Positions 10,497 through 19,908 of a stretch of DNA of 64,000 bases are shown here, piece after piece. Location: positions 138,092 to 202,091 of the forward strand of contig JBAYLA010000001.1 in assembly GCA_041664285.1 (NCBI GenBank), given 5' to 3'. The notes below the pieces were generated by a model. The model was given only the letters and a program-made list of their open reading frames with translations, did not search any database and was not told the origin of the DNA. The translations under genes and the position numbers were made by a program. This stretch comes from Minisyncoccota bacterium. GTDB taxonomy: Bacteria; Patescibacteriota; Minisyncoccia; Phycocordibacterales; UBA9973. Position 1 is the stretch's first letter, and each line of letters begins with the position of its first letter.

Positions 10497-10769
10497 ATGG
10501 ATCCTGAGTCCAAAAAATTACTAGAAGAAACTTATAGGCTTACAGAGGAGAACAATCATATGCTCCGCAAAGTCAGAAATGTGCAGAGGTGGAGTGTTTT
10601 CTGGTCTAGTTTGAAGATTGTTTTAGTAATTGGAATTGCCTTAGGTTTGTTTTACTTTTTGGAACCATATATAGAAAAGATGATTAGTTTATATAATTCT
10701 GTTTCTGGGACAACTGGAAATATGAATTACAACAGCAGTTCTTTTCAGGATTTATTGAAAAAGTTTTAG
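10497..10769 (+). CDS. Small membrane protein, hypothetical
   Basis: L.EENNHMLRKVR followed by one TM. Confidence 0.75.
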   Translation: MDPESKKLLEETYRLTEENNHMLRKVRNVQRWSVFWSSLKIVLVIGIALGLFYFLEPYIEKMISLYNSVSGTTGNMNYNSSSFQDLLKKF

Positions 10770-10774
10770 AATAT

Positions 10775-10846
10775 GCCTGGGTAGCTCAGTAGTAGAGCGT
10801 TCCCCTGAAGAGGGACAGGTCGGGTGTGCGATCCACCCCCCAGGCA
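10775..10846 (+). tRNA. tRNA-Phe(GAA), A18/G55 variant
   Basis: GCCTGGG/CCCAGGC, CT-GAA-GA loop; D-loop AGTAGTA, T-loop TGCGATC. Confidence 0.92.
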
Positions 10847-10933
10847 CAAAAAAAGTAGTAGAATTTTCTTTTTTCAGGATTTCCTGCTACGCAACGTCAA
10901 CCATTTTAAAAAAAAATTCTACTACTTTTTTTG
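10847..10933 (+). repeat. Family B palindromic repeat, intergenic, abutting tRNA-Phe 3' end
   Basis: Core TCAGGATTTCCTGCTACGCAACGTCAACCATT (10874-10905) within arms caaaaaaagtagtagaatttt / aaaattctactactttttttg. Confidence 0.9.
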
Positions 10934-10951
10934 CAACTGAATAAACCTCAA

Positions 10952-11443
10952 TTAGATTGATTTTACCTTAACAGTATTTTTCTTTTCTTTGTCTACTTTT
11001 TTGATTTTAATGGTGACTAGACCATGCTTTTCTGTTGCTTCAACTTCTTCTGGCTCTACTTCTGTAGGGAGGGATATTGTTCGTGAAAACTTACCCCAAT
11101 AAAGTTCTTTGGTAAAATAATTATCTTCATCGATATTTCTATTTTCTTCGCGTTTACCACGGATGGTGACGATATCTCGAGCAATTGATAATTCTAAATC
11201 TTCCGGCTTAACTCCAGCTATCATTGTTTGAATAACGATATCAGTTGGTGTCTGGTAAACGTCTATTGATAATTCTGCTTCTTCGTTTTCTTCTTCAATC
11301 CAGTTGTTATTCTTTTTGTTTTCGTTGTTGTCTTTTATACTTTCTAAATAACTTTTTTTAGAAGTTAATTCTTCTTCAGCGTTGACGCTTCCAGTTAATC
11401 TTTCAAAAAAACTTCTTTTTTTATTTTCCATAGATTTACTCAT
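10952..11443 (-). CDS. Hsp20/alpha-crystallin small heat-shock protein
   Basis: IDVYQT..AGVKPEDL..TIRG.R..ELYWGKFSRTISLP..GLVTI. Confidence 0.92.
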   Translation of the reverse strand: MSKSMENKKRSFFERLTGSVNAEEELTSKKSYLESIKDNNENKKNNNWIEEENEEAELSIDVYQTPTDIVIQTMIAGVKPEDLELSIARDIVTIRGKREENRNIDEDNYFTKELYWGKFSRTISLPTEVEPEEVEATEKHGLVTIKIKKVDKEKKNTVKVKSI

Positions 11444-11451
11444 TATTTTAT

Positions 11452-12159
11452 CTAATAATCTTCGCTTATTCTTCTAACTTTTTCAAAAAGTAACATAAGT
11501 ATAATTGTGACGACCCACAAAAATGCTAAAACCTTCAAAAAATCATTTCCAGCATTTCTTATTATAAAAAAATTAAAGGTACTATGCAAGCTAATAGCAA
11601 TTAAAAACCCGACAAAAAGAAAACTTACTCTTTTCCATTTTGCTGCATAGAAGGAAATGCCTATTGAAATACCTATTATTCCACTAGAAATAGCATGCAG
11701 GAGATTAGCACCTAGAAATCTTAGATTACCTGTGCTTAAGCTTGGAATGGCTCCGATTGCTGAAGGAAAGATTTTCAGTAGAAATAGCATATTTTCCAAA
11801 GCAGCAAAACCTAAGGCAGCGGTGATTAGGCATATCGGCCAATCTATTGGCTTAGAGGCATTATTTGTTTTGTATATTATTAGTAATACAGCAAGATATT
11901 TTAATATTTCTTCTACGCTAGCCCACAACACAAGTTGGCCTCCATGAAAGTTTACATGATCTTGAATAAATTTTTGAATTGGCAAGACGATTATGACCGC
12001 TAACATACCTGTAATAAATACGACAGAGATTAGTCCTGTGGGCTCAGCTTGTTCTCCTTCTTCTTCTTTTAGCCAAAACCAAAGCCATAAAAGGGGAGGA
12101 ATAATTCCTCCTAAAAATGCTAAACATAAAATTTTTGGATCTGTTGCTAGGAGGTTCAT
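11452..12159 (-). CDS. PrsW-family intramembrane metalloprotease
   Basis: Multi-TM; VEEILK, LGFAALEN, LLH and LHSTFN motifs. Confidence 0.88.
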   Translation of the reverse strand: MNLLATDPKILCLAFLGGIIPPLLWLWFWLKEEEGEQAEPTGLISVVFITGMLAVIIVLPIQKFIQDHVNFHGGQLVLWASVEEILKYLAVLLIIYKTNNASKPIDWPICLITAALGFAALENMLFLLKIFPSAIGAIPSLSTGNLRFLGANLLHAISSGIIGISIGISFYAAKWKRVSFLFVGFLIAISLHSTFNFFIIRNAGNDFLKVLAFLWVVTIILMLLFEKVRRISEDY

Positions 12160-12164
12160 AGAAC

Positions 12165-14339
12165 TTAATTAGAAGCGAAAGGCCACTTTTCAACCATCAG
12201 GATAGTTTTATTATTTGGGAGCATCGACCAAATTTCTTCTGTGACAAATGGAATAAATGGGTGAAGAGCTTTCAAGAGGGTCGCTAACTGTGTAAGCAGA
12301 AGTATTCTTGCTGAATCGGCACTTACAGTATCTTTGACATTTTTATTTGCTAAAATTTTCTTTTTTGATCGTTCGATGATAACGTCTGCGAAAGTGTGCC
12401 AGAAATAATGATAAAGCTTTTCTGCAACAAGCGAGAACCTGTATTCATTCATCTCTTTTGTAGTTTCTTTTAGTAATTTATTTAATTCTTCTTCGCTCTT
12501 TTTATCTTCTTCATCTAGAGTTGTTGTTTGAAGGGAATCGAAATCTTTTGTTTGTTCTAAAACAAACCTCGAAGCATTCCAGACTTTATTGGTAAATTTA
12601 GCATAACCTCGAATATCATTTTCATTCAATTTTAAATCATTTCCTGGAGTATTGCCGATAATCATTGCCATACGTAATGCATCGTTTCCATATTTTGCCA
12701 CTATGTCAAGTGGGTCAACAGCTTTATTTCCCAAAGATTTAGACATTTTTTTACCGTCAGCAGTGCGAACCATACCATGAAAATATACGGTTTTAAACGG
12801 GACTTCTCCAACGAGGTATTGAGACATTAGAATCATTCTAGCGACCCAGAAAAAAATAAGATCATGACCTGTTTCAAGAATTGTTGTTGGGTGGTAGCTT
12901 TTTAAGTCGTCTGTCTTTTTTGGCCATCCTAATGTTGAGAAAGTCCAAAGTCCTGAAGAAAACCAAGTATCTAGAGTATCTTCATCTTGAGTCCAACCAT
13001 CTTCTTTGGGGGCTTCAATCTCGCAATAAATTTCATTATTTTTATACCAGACTGGAATTCGATGCCCGTACCAAATCTGACGAGAGATACACCAGTCTTG
13101 TAAATTTTCAATCCAATTAAAATAAACTTTTTCAAAATGAATAGGCATTATTTTTATTTTACCTTCGCGGACAGGTTCCAGCATTAAGTCTTTGAGAGAT
13201 TTATTGTCTCGTCTAGCAATTTTTTTATTGACGTCCACGAACCATTGCAACATAATTTGTGGCTCAATCATACCGTTGGTGCGTTCAGCTGTAGCGACTC
13301 TATTGATATAATTTTCATCTACAGAAACAAGTAGGCCTTTATTTTTTAATTTATCAACAATTTTTTCTCTGGCATCGGTAATTTTCATTCCATTAAATTC
13401 TCCGGCGATAGGCAAAAGCTTTCCATATTTATCAATGATTTGTTCTTTGTCTAATTTATGTCTTTCAGCAATTTCAAAATCAATAGCACTATGCCAAGGG
13501 GTGATAGTCATTACCCCTGTGCCGAATTCCATATCTATTGCTTCATCTTTTACAATTGTGGCTTCAATTGGGCCGTTGATCCACTCTAGTTTTATTTTTT
13601 GACCATCTGTGTACTTGGCATACCTTTTGTCTTTTGGATGCATGACGACATATTTATCTCCAAATTTTGTTTCTGGGCGGACAGTACTTATTTCAAAAGG
13701 TCCATATCTAAAAGTGTAAAATTTATTTTTGCGTTCCTCGTAAACTATTTCATCATCAGAAATAACTGTTTGTCCTTTTGGATCCCAATTTACCATTCGG
13801 TGTCCACGATAGATTAATCCATCGTCATACATTTGTTTAAATGCAGTGCGGACGGCTACATTGCGATCTTCGTCTAAAGTAAAGGCTTCTCTAGACCAAT
13901 CTAATGAGGCTCCCATCTTTTTTGCTTGATTCACTATGGTATCATGAGATTCATTTGCAAATTGCTCCACTCGTTTTAAGAATTCTTCACGTCCTAAGTC
14001 ATTTTTTCTTATTCTATCTTTTTCCAATATTTTTTCTACCTTTGATTGAGTGGCAATAGCAGCATGGTCTGTTCCCGGGAGCCAGAGAGTTTTTTTACCT
14101 TGCATACGGGCGTAACGTACCATAATATCTTCTATTACCAACATAAGGGCGTGCCCAGTATGTAAATTGCCGGTTACGTTTGGAGGGGGAAGAACAATGG
14201 AAAAATGTTCTGCATCAGTTTTGGTTATTCCTTTTTCTATGCATACATCCGGGTTAAAAAAACCTGACCCCTCCCAAAGTTTATAGATTCTTTCCTCTGT
14301 ATTTTTAGGGTCGTAGGGCTTGAGAAACTTTTCGTTCAT
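12165..14339 (-). CDS. valS: Valine--tRNA ligase (no C-terminal coiled coil)
   Basis: PPPNVTG.LHTGHA, DHAAIATQ, DWCISRQIWYGH, KMSKS. Confidence 0.97.
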   Translation of the reverse strand: MNEKFLKPYDPKNTEERIYKLWEGSGFFNPDVCIEKGITKTDAEHFSIVLPPPNVTGNLHTGHALMLVIEDIMVRYARMQGKKTLWLPGTDHAAIATQSKVEKILEKDRIRKNDLGREEFLKRVEQFANESHDTIVNQAKKMGASLDWSREAFTLDEDRNVAVRTAFKQMYDDGLIYRGHRMVNWDPKGQTVISDDEIVYEERKNKFYTFRYGPFEISTVRPETKFGDKYVVMHPKDKRYAKYTDGQKIKLEWINGPIEATIVKDEAIDMEFGTGVMTITPWHSAIDFEIAERHKLDKEQIIDKYGKLLPIAGEFNGMKITDAREKIVDKLKNKGLLVSVDENYINRVATAERTNGMIEPQIMLQWFVDVNKKIARRDNKSLKDLMLEPVREGKIKIMPIHFEKVYFNWIENLQDWCISRQIWYGHRIPVWYKNNEIYCEIEAPKEDGWTQDEDTLDTWFSSGLWTFSTLGWPKKTDDLKSYHPTTILETGHDLIFFWVARMILMSQYLVGEVPFKTVYFHGMVRTADGKKMSKSLGNKAVDPLDIVAKYGNDALRMAMIIGNTPGNDLKLNENDIRGYAKFTNKVWNASRFVLEQTKDFDSLQTTTLDEEDKKSEEELNKLLKETTKEMNEYRFSLVAEKLYHYFWHTFADVIIERSKKKILANKNVKDTVSADSARILLLTQLATLLKALHPFIPFVTEEIWSMLPNNKTILMVEKWPFASN

Positions 14340-14379
14340 ATATTTCTATAATATCATATTTATCCTGACCCGAGAAGGG

Positions 14380-15534
14380 TTAGAGCCTTAGGCCACCAGT
14401 TGCTTTTAGATTCTTTATTTTCGTAAACTTCTTTTTGTTTTTTATATAATTTAAGTATCCAGCAATACCAATCATGATAGAATTATCTCCCGAAAGTTCT
14501 TTGGGAGGGAAATAGATTTTGATTTTTTTTCCGCCAGAGGCGGATCCGCCTATGGCGGACATTTCGTTCCGAAGGTATTTATTAGCAGAGACTCCTCCCG
14601 CCACGATCAGAGTTTTAACTTTATATGTCTCAATGGCTTTAGCTGTTTTATAAACCAAGCATTCCATTGCAGCATTTTCGAATTCTAGAGCTATTTTGCT
14701 TTTTGTTTCTTCACTTATATTTTTTATTCCGCCAAGATCTCTAATTAAATAAAGCACGGCCGTCTTTAATCCAGAAAAAGAGAAATCAAAATTTTTACTG
14801 CGAAGCATAGGACGGGGAAGAGCTATAGGGGGAGTTTTGGCCGAGCCTGTATGCTTCTGTGAATGGTTGACGTTGCATAGCAGGAAATCCTGAGCAGAAG
14901 CATCAGGCTTGGCCAATCTTTCTTTCTCGGCTAATTTTGAAATCTGTGGTCCGCCTGGGTAGGGAAGGTCTAGCATTCTAGCGACTTTGTCGAAAGCTTC
15001 TCCAACTGCGTCATCGAGTGTCTCCCCAATAATTTCATAATCCATCCATTTTTTCATCAGAACTAGTTGCGTGTGCCCACCAGATATGAGCAATGCCAGA
15101 GTGGGTGTTTGTAATTTTTCTATTTTGAGAGTTCCCTTATTTTTACCAAAAACAGAAAGGATATGTCCCTCCATGTGATTGGTGGGGATCAAAGGTACGT
15201 TCCATTTTTTTACCAAATCTTTTGCAAAAGTAATACCTTCCCAGAGGCACATTTCTAAACCCGGACCATAAGTTACAGCTATGGCATCTACCGGCTTTTC
15301 TTTTTTATTCAACTTTACTTGTTTCAAACTTTTTTCTAATAAGATTGGTAAATTTTTAGCGTGTTCTCTTTTAGCCAGCACAGGAAAAACTCCTCCATAG
15401 GGAATATGAATGTTTACTTGAGAGTTTAAATTATTAGCCAAGACCCTAAAGGAAGGGTTTTTAACCCCTCCTTTTACCTCCAATATACTTACTCCAGTGT
15501 CATCGCAAGATGTTTCAATCGAAAGTATTTTCAT
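14380..15534 (-). CDS. tsaD: tRNA N6-threonylcarbamoyltransferase TsaD (two in-frame repeat insertions)
   Basis: LSIETSCDDT, NHMEGH, SGGHT, DDAVGEAFDK, FSFSGLKT, GGVSAN. Confidence 0.95.
   Translation of the reverse strand: MKILSIETSCDDTGVSILEVKGGVKNPSFRVLANNLNSQVNIHIPYGGVFPVLAKREHAKNLPILLEKSLKQVKLNKKEKPVDAIAVTYGPGLEMCLWEGITFAKDLVKKWNVPLIPTNHMEGHILSVFGKNKGTLKIEKLQTPTLALLISGGHTQLVLMKKWMDYEIIGETLDDAVGEAFDKVARMLDLPYPGGPQISKLAEKERLAKPDASAQDFLLCNVNHSQKHTGSAKTPPIALPRPMLRSKNFDFSFSGLKTAVLYLIRDLGGIKNISEETKSKIALEFENAAMECLVYKTAKAIETYKVKTLIVAGGVSANKYLRNEMSAIGGSASGGKKIKIYFPPKELSGDNSIMIGIAGYLNYIKNKKKFTKIKNLKATGGLRL
14530..14559. repeat. Family C double-hairpin repeat (30 bp) in tsaD
   Basis: tccgcc-aga-ggcgga tccgcc-tat-ggcgga; encodes SAIGGSASGG. 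Confidence 0.88.
14837..14916 (-). repeat. Family B palindromic repeat in frame in tsaD
   Basis: Minus-strand core TCAGGATTTCCTGCTATGCAACGTCAACCATT inside arms TTGGCCAAGCCTGATGCTTCTG / CAGAAGCATACAGGCTCGGCCAA. Confidence 0.9.
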
Positions 15535-15672
15535 AAAATGTGTCTTTACTATATCAAGATTGAGCATTTTTTCAAAATCATTAATTAATGAAATATTTCG
15601 CGCGCGTTTTGTGAATTTTTGAAGTAAAATAATGCGATTGCCTAGTAATTTAACAAATGTTAAGATATTCCT

Positions 15673-16080
15673 ATGGAAGGATTTGATTTTTCAAAACCAG
15701 AAGACCAAAAAAGATTTGATGATTCTTCTTTAGAAGTAAAAAAGAGAATTATTGAAGTAGCAAGAACAGAAGCAAACCAACTCAGAGAATTGGTTGTTTC
15801 TGGTAAAGCAAAAGATTATTCTGAGGCACTTTAAATGATATCTAAAACAGAAATTGTTCAAGGTGGTTTTAATGTAGATATGGCTGAAAATGGTGACATA
15901 TTTTTGAATATTGGCGGAGGAAGACAGCTTATAGGTAATCCTCTTGAAGGGACTATAACAGAACTTCCTGGAGATGGATTTTCAATTGATTGGGATAAGT
16001 ATAATGAAAACCTAGAGAAAGTTTTTAAAATTATTGATTTACTTGTTATTGAACAACCTCCATCAAATAATCTGAATTAG
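15673..16080 (+). pseudogene. Hypothetical gene interrupted by an in-frame TAA (or two abutting small ORFs)
   Basis: MEGFDFSKPEDQ...KDYSEAL-TAA(15832)-ATG continues in the same frame as the 81-aa ORF. Confidence 0.55.
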
Positions 16081-16152
16081 TTTTTATTGATATAAATAGT
16101 TTGTTAGATTCTGGGATATCAGATATTAAAAGTCTTGAATAATAATTTAATA

Positions 16153-16228
16153 TGGTGCGCGATACAGGATTCGAACCTGTGGCCTACCCCACGTCAAGGG
16201 GTCGCTCTACCAACTGAGCTAACCGCGC
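16153..16228 (-). tRNA. tRNA-Val(GAC), CCA encoded
   Basis: GCGCGGT acceptor, ACCCC-TTGACGT-GGGGT, GGTTCGAATCC. Confidence 0.95.
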
Positions 16229-16249
16229 GTTAAAATAATGATAGCACCA

Positions 16250-16993
16250 CTATACTACTAACTTCTCCAATATTTCAAGTTCTTCTTTTGAATTAACGCC
16301 AAGTGTTTCCATTGCATCTACTTGGATGCTTTCGATTTTCTTGTTTTCAATTCCTGCTATCTCCCATAAGTCCGTCAACTGATATTCTTTTTGAGAGTTG
16401 CTGTTTTTATCTAATTTTTTCAATTTATCCCAAAGCCACTGTGTCTTAAACGCATAACAGGAAACATTTACTTCTTTTATTTTTAATTCTTCTTCTGTGC
16501 AATCTTTAATTTCTTTATCAATTATTTTATTGTTTTCTCTTATAATTCTGCCGTAAGTGACGAAAGCTTTTCGCCAATCGTCAAAATCTGGCAATACCGT
16601 TGTCGTAATGGTAATCGTGGCGTCAGAATTTTTATGCTTTTCCCACAAATTTTTTATTGATTCACTTTTTATAAATGGCTGATCTCCGGAAATTACAATA
16701 ATATTTTCTGCATCTCTACAAGTTTGTTCCGTAACCATTACTGCATGACCCGTACCCAGTATTTCTTTTTGAATTACATAGTCGTATTTATTTCCCAGCT
16801 CTTTCATCATCAATTCTTTCTTGTACCCAACGACAACGATAGGCCTCTCGTCTAGAGCCGTTTTATCAACAGATTCAAGTAGGTGTTTTATCATGTGTTT
16901 GCCACGAAGCGATACTAAAGCTTTAGGCAATTCATTTTTCATCCTGGTGCCTTTCCCAGCAGCCAAGATAACGATTCTTACTTTATTTTTCAT
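16250..16993 (-). CDS. GlmU-like nucleotidyltransferase (uridyltransferase domain only)
   Basis: ILAAGKGTRM..LPKAL, Q.EILGTGHAV, GDQP, YGRI, EYQLTD, GVNS; no LbH acetyltransferase domain. Confidence 0.85.
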   Translation of the reverse strand: MKNKVRIVILAAGKGTRMKNELPKALVSLRGKHMIKHLLESVDKTALDERPIVVVGYKKELMMKELGNKYDYVIQKEILGTGHAVMVTEQTCRDAENIIVISGDQPFIKSESIKNLWEKHKNSDATITITTTVLPDFDDWRKAFVTYGRIIRENNKIIDKEIKDCTEEELKIKEVNVSCYAFKTQWLWDKLKKLDKNSNSQKEYQLTDLWEIAGIENKKIESIQVDAMETLGVNSKEELEILEKLVV

Positions 16994-17406
16994 GCCTCCC
17001 GATTATAGCAATAAATAGAAAAAATAAAAATTATGATAAAGAAAATAAGTCCGTAAGAACAGGTTGGTAAACCGAGTGAGTAGTTGGTATCGACCCCAGA
17101 GAGGAGTATTTGAACTTCAGGAATCGTGAAGTATCCAGCAAAGAGAATTCCCATACCCGATACAACAGTCGTAATTATTAACATAACTTTTTCTGAAATA
17201 GTTTTTAGGAGTCCGAGTGTAGCTGAAAGGAAGATAATAAGGAACATTCCGAAGCCAAAATAACAAGCTGGATATCCTAGGAAGTAAGGACAAGGTTCAT
17301 TAAAGGCACAAGTGGCAGTAAAGAATTTTGTCGCACTTAAATATCCCGAGAACAAAACCCCTGCTAATCCAAGAAAAAACATTGTTTTATTATATGATTT
17401 TTTCAT
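16990..17406 (-). CDS. Cys-containing 4-TM membrane protein (VKOR/DsbB-like)
   Basis: GYLS, C-x5-C, GYPACYFG, LPTCSYG. Confidence 0.6.
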   Translation of the reverse strand: MKKSYNKTMFFLGLAGVLFSGYLSATKFFTATCAFNEPCPYFLGYPACYFGFGMFLIIFLSATLGLLKTISEKVMLIITTVVSGMGILFAGYFTIPEVQILLSGVDTNYSLGLPTCSYGLIFFIIIFIFSIYCYNREA

Positions 17407-17474
17407 ATAGTTTTTAATTAAATTATTAATGTATTTATTATACCTCTTTTTAACCTTCTAGTGCATATGTAATC

Positions 17475-18209
17475 TTAGTAAAGATTATCTCTCCCAAATT
17501 GAATCATCGTTAAAACATGCCCCTTTCCATTGTGTCTAACCACTTTAGTTTTTATTTTCTTTTTCATTAACTCTGCAATTAATTCTTCTCCATAAATCGT
17601 TGGAATATAGAAATCATGTGTTGCTAAATGTATTTCAATATTTTCTGGTAGATTATCTAGATTTTCAATAGGATTGGTGTCAGCAAGCAAAGAATCATAT
17701 TGTTCTCCATTTTCAAAACCAAGTGAGACCGCTCTCTTTTTAATACACTGACTTGCCATTCCTTTATAGATACAAGCACCCAATTTTGAACCTGGAGTTA
17801 CCGCAACCAATTTATCAACATTAAAATGATTGGCAATATAAAAACTAGGATATGCGCCAATGCTTAGACTTAAAACATTAAAATTATTTAAATTTAACGT
17901 TTTCAGATCATCCACTAATCTTTTCAACAAAACAATGGCAACAGATGGATCAGGGTTAGCAACACCTATAGGACCTTCATATGTTATGACTCTGCCATTC
18001 TTAGGAATTAGACCTAATTGAAGAGCTTGTTTAAAATTAACTCTCCATGGCAAAAAACAGACCCAAGTAGGGGAATCTCCATTTCTAATATCTGTTCTAA
18101 AATAATTTTCATCTCCAATTTCTTTCTCTCTTGATCCACTATTCTTTTTTGCATAGATTTTATCTAGTAAGCCGTAATCTTTTATTTTTGATAATAAATA
18201 ATTAAGCAT
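17475..18209 (-). CDS. Alpha/beta-hydrolase-fold protein
   Basis: LSLSIGA nucleophile elbow, HDFYIP Asp, C-terminal GH. Confidence 0.65.
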   Translation of the reverse strand: MLNYLLSKIKDYGLLDKIYAKKNSGSREKEIGDENYFRTDIRNGDSPTWVCFLPWRVNFKQALQLGLIPKNGRVITYEGPIGVANPDPSVAIVLLKRLVDDLKTLNLNNFNVLSLSIGAYPSFYIANHFNVDKLVAVTPGSKLGACIYKGMASQCIKKRAVSLGFENGEQYDSLLADTNPIENLDNLPENIEIHLATHDFYIPTIYGEELIAELMKKKIKTKVVRHNGKGHVLTMIQFGRDNLY

Positions 18210-18232
18210 ATGTTTCTCGTGCTAGCACTTGA

Positions 18233-18289
18233 TGGTGACCCTAATTATACGGAATTGGAACTTTATTTTTAATCAAATAAAAGGATTTT
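18233..18289 (+). repeat. att-arm copy 1 (tRNA-Glu 3' core plus ~45-bp element arm)
   Basis: tggtgacccta (minus strand TAGGGTCACCA) followed by attatacggaattggaac...aatcaaataaaaggatttt, closely matching 18879-18932. Confidence 0.85.
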
Positions 18290-18383
18290 CTAAAATACAA
18301 TTTTATATATAAAAACAGAAGGCCTCGCATAGAACGAAGAGCGAGGCTCCTGTCTGTGCGAGGCTTGATACTTGGAGATCTGG

Positions 18384-18773
18384 CTATGGGAGGTTCGTGG
18401 GAGGTTTCATGAAGGAGTAGCCTACGCTGAATCCTTGACGAAAAATGACTACCAGCTCGAAGGACGACTCCTTCATTCCTGGCTCGTAGAGGGAAAGATC
18501 CACGAAAATCTGGTTTATCCACTCGCTCAGTACGACTGTCATCCGGTTCGAGTTCCTGAAGACTGCCAAGAGATAATTCCTCTTAACGCCTTCGGGGCGC
18601 AGGTATTCTCCCAAGAAATCCTTGAACTTTTCGTCGATGTCGTCTTTCGCTCCGGTCATGTTCTGTATGAACGAGAACGGAAAGCTCGACGCACTTTTTA
18701 GGACTGGGCTATCTTTCCACGCATTCCACTGTACCCAGAGCTTCGGATCGATCGAAGTGTTGATCTTTTTCAT
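18384..18773 (-). CDS. Hypothetical protein, GC-richer than flanks
   Basis: 129-aa ORF with GAAAGGGA SD-like site and TTGACA upstream on the minus strand at the att junction. Confidence 0.55.
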   Translation of the reverse strand: MKKINTSIDPKLWVQWNAWKDSPVLKSASSFPFSFIQNMTGAKDDIDEKFKDFLGEYLRPEGVKRNYLLAVFRNSNRMTVVLSEWINQIFVDLSLYEPGMKESSFELVVIFRQGFSVGYSFMKPPTNLP

Positions 18774-18988
18774 AATTTTCCCTTTCTAAGGAAGGCTTAC
18801 TACGGCCTGTACGGGACCCGACGTTGTTGTCAGGTTGTCCGTTATATTTTTAACACTATTATTAGCTCGTGTCAATTTGTGACCCTAATTATACAGAATT
18901 GGAACCACATTTTCAATCAAATAAAGGATTTTGCGTTTTAATATAAATTGCCCTTATCCTAAAATTAGTGTAAAATGAGCTCATAACT

Positions 18989-19246
18989 ATGGATGAAAAT
19001 TACAGAAGGGTAAAATTTAATGACGTTTTTGATGAGAAGCCCGATGGGTCTTTATCTCCCAAAGTACCCATTGAAATAAATGGCGTAAATTTTAATTCTG
19101 GAACCACTTTTTCCAAAGGGGTTGTTTTTGGTGGTATCGATTTTCACCTCTATAAGAATCGAGATATAGCAATCCAAAATTCTGAAGTACCTGAAGAAAA
19201 TACTGATAGTACTGTATTTCACATAGTTGGTTTTTATAAAGAATAA
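18989..19246 (+). CDS. Hypothetical protein (85 aa)
   Basis: ORF after TG-TAAAAT -10; first of a 3-gene cassette. Confidence 0.7.
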   Translation: MDENYRRVKFNDVFDEKPDGSLSPKVPIEINGVNFNSGTTFSKGVVFGGIDFHLYKNRDIAIQNSEVPEENTDSTVFHIVGFYKE

Positions 19247-19251
19247 ATAGT

Positions 19252-19611
19252 ATGGCCGATAAAAATCCTACAAAAACTGAAATCCTAGGAACGGTACAAG
19301 CTCAAGCAGAAACTTTAAAAGAATTATCTGAGCGCCTTGTAAAGATTGAAGGTCAAACGGAAAAACAAGAATCAAGAAATCAAAACATAATATATGCGGT
19401 ACTTTTCGCGCTTGCATTTATCGTAGTAACTGTTAGTGTTGAAGTTATACTATCGAGTAAAAGTGATAATTCTGTCGCTAATGATTTTTCTGAAAAACTT
19501 TTCAATATACAAGAAAATACAAACAACAAAATGAATGGTTTACAGAGCACAATAAATAGTATTCAAAGTGAAATTTTATTATTAAGAGCAAAAAATCCTT
19601 ATTTAAAATAA
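19252..19611 (+). CDS. Single-TM coiled-coil protein
   Basis: Hydrophobic IIYAVLFALAFIVVTVSV flanked by coiled coils. Confidence 0.7.
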   Translation: MADKNPTKTEILGTVQAQAETLKELSERLVKIEGQTEKQESRNQNIIYAVLFALAFIVVTVSVEVILSSKSDNSVANDFSEKLFNIQENTNNKMNGLQSTINSIQSEILLLRAKNPYLK

Positions 19612-19613
19612 AT

Positions 19614-19898
19614 ATGAAATCATATACCGTTAGAATTGAATTGCAAAATTCTGTTTTGGGAGATTACGAATCTCTTCATGTCGCAATGGAATCCGCTGGC
19701 TTTAGGAAGTTTATTATTTCAGATCAAGGTATTAAATACAAACTTCCAAATGGGGAATATAATATTTCTGGTAATTTTGATAGGGCAACAATTTTATCTT
19801 TGGCGAAAAGTGCAGTTACAACTACAAATAAAACTGCAGAGATATTGGTAACAGAGTCAAGTGGACGAACTTGGGCTAATCTGAAAGTTATAAAATAG
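19614..19898 (+). CDS. GhoS/DUF2622-like putative endoribonuclease
   Basis: YTVRIEL..DYESLH.AM..GF.K.I....G.KYKLP.GEY pattern. Confidence 0.7.
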   Translation: MKSYTVRIELQNSVLGDYESLHVAMESAGFRKFIISDQGIKYKLPNGEYNISGNFDRATILSLAKSAVTTTNKTAEILVTESSGRTWANLKVIK

Positions 19899-19908
19899 TT
19901 TATAGATA

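Noticed and set aside
18372-18701. Plus-strand 109-aa ORF as the real gene
   Set aside because: It has a TTG start and no clear signals; the minus ORF has ATG, an SD-like site and a -35. Not fully excluded.
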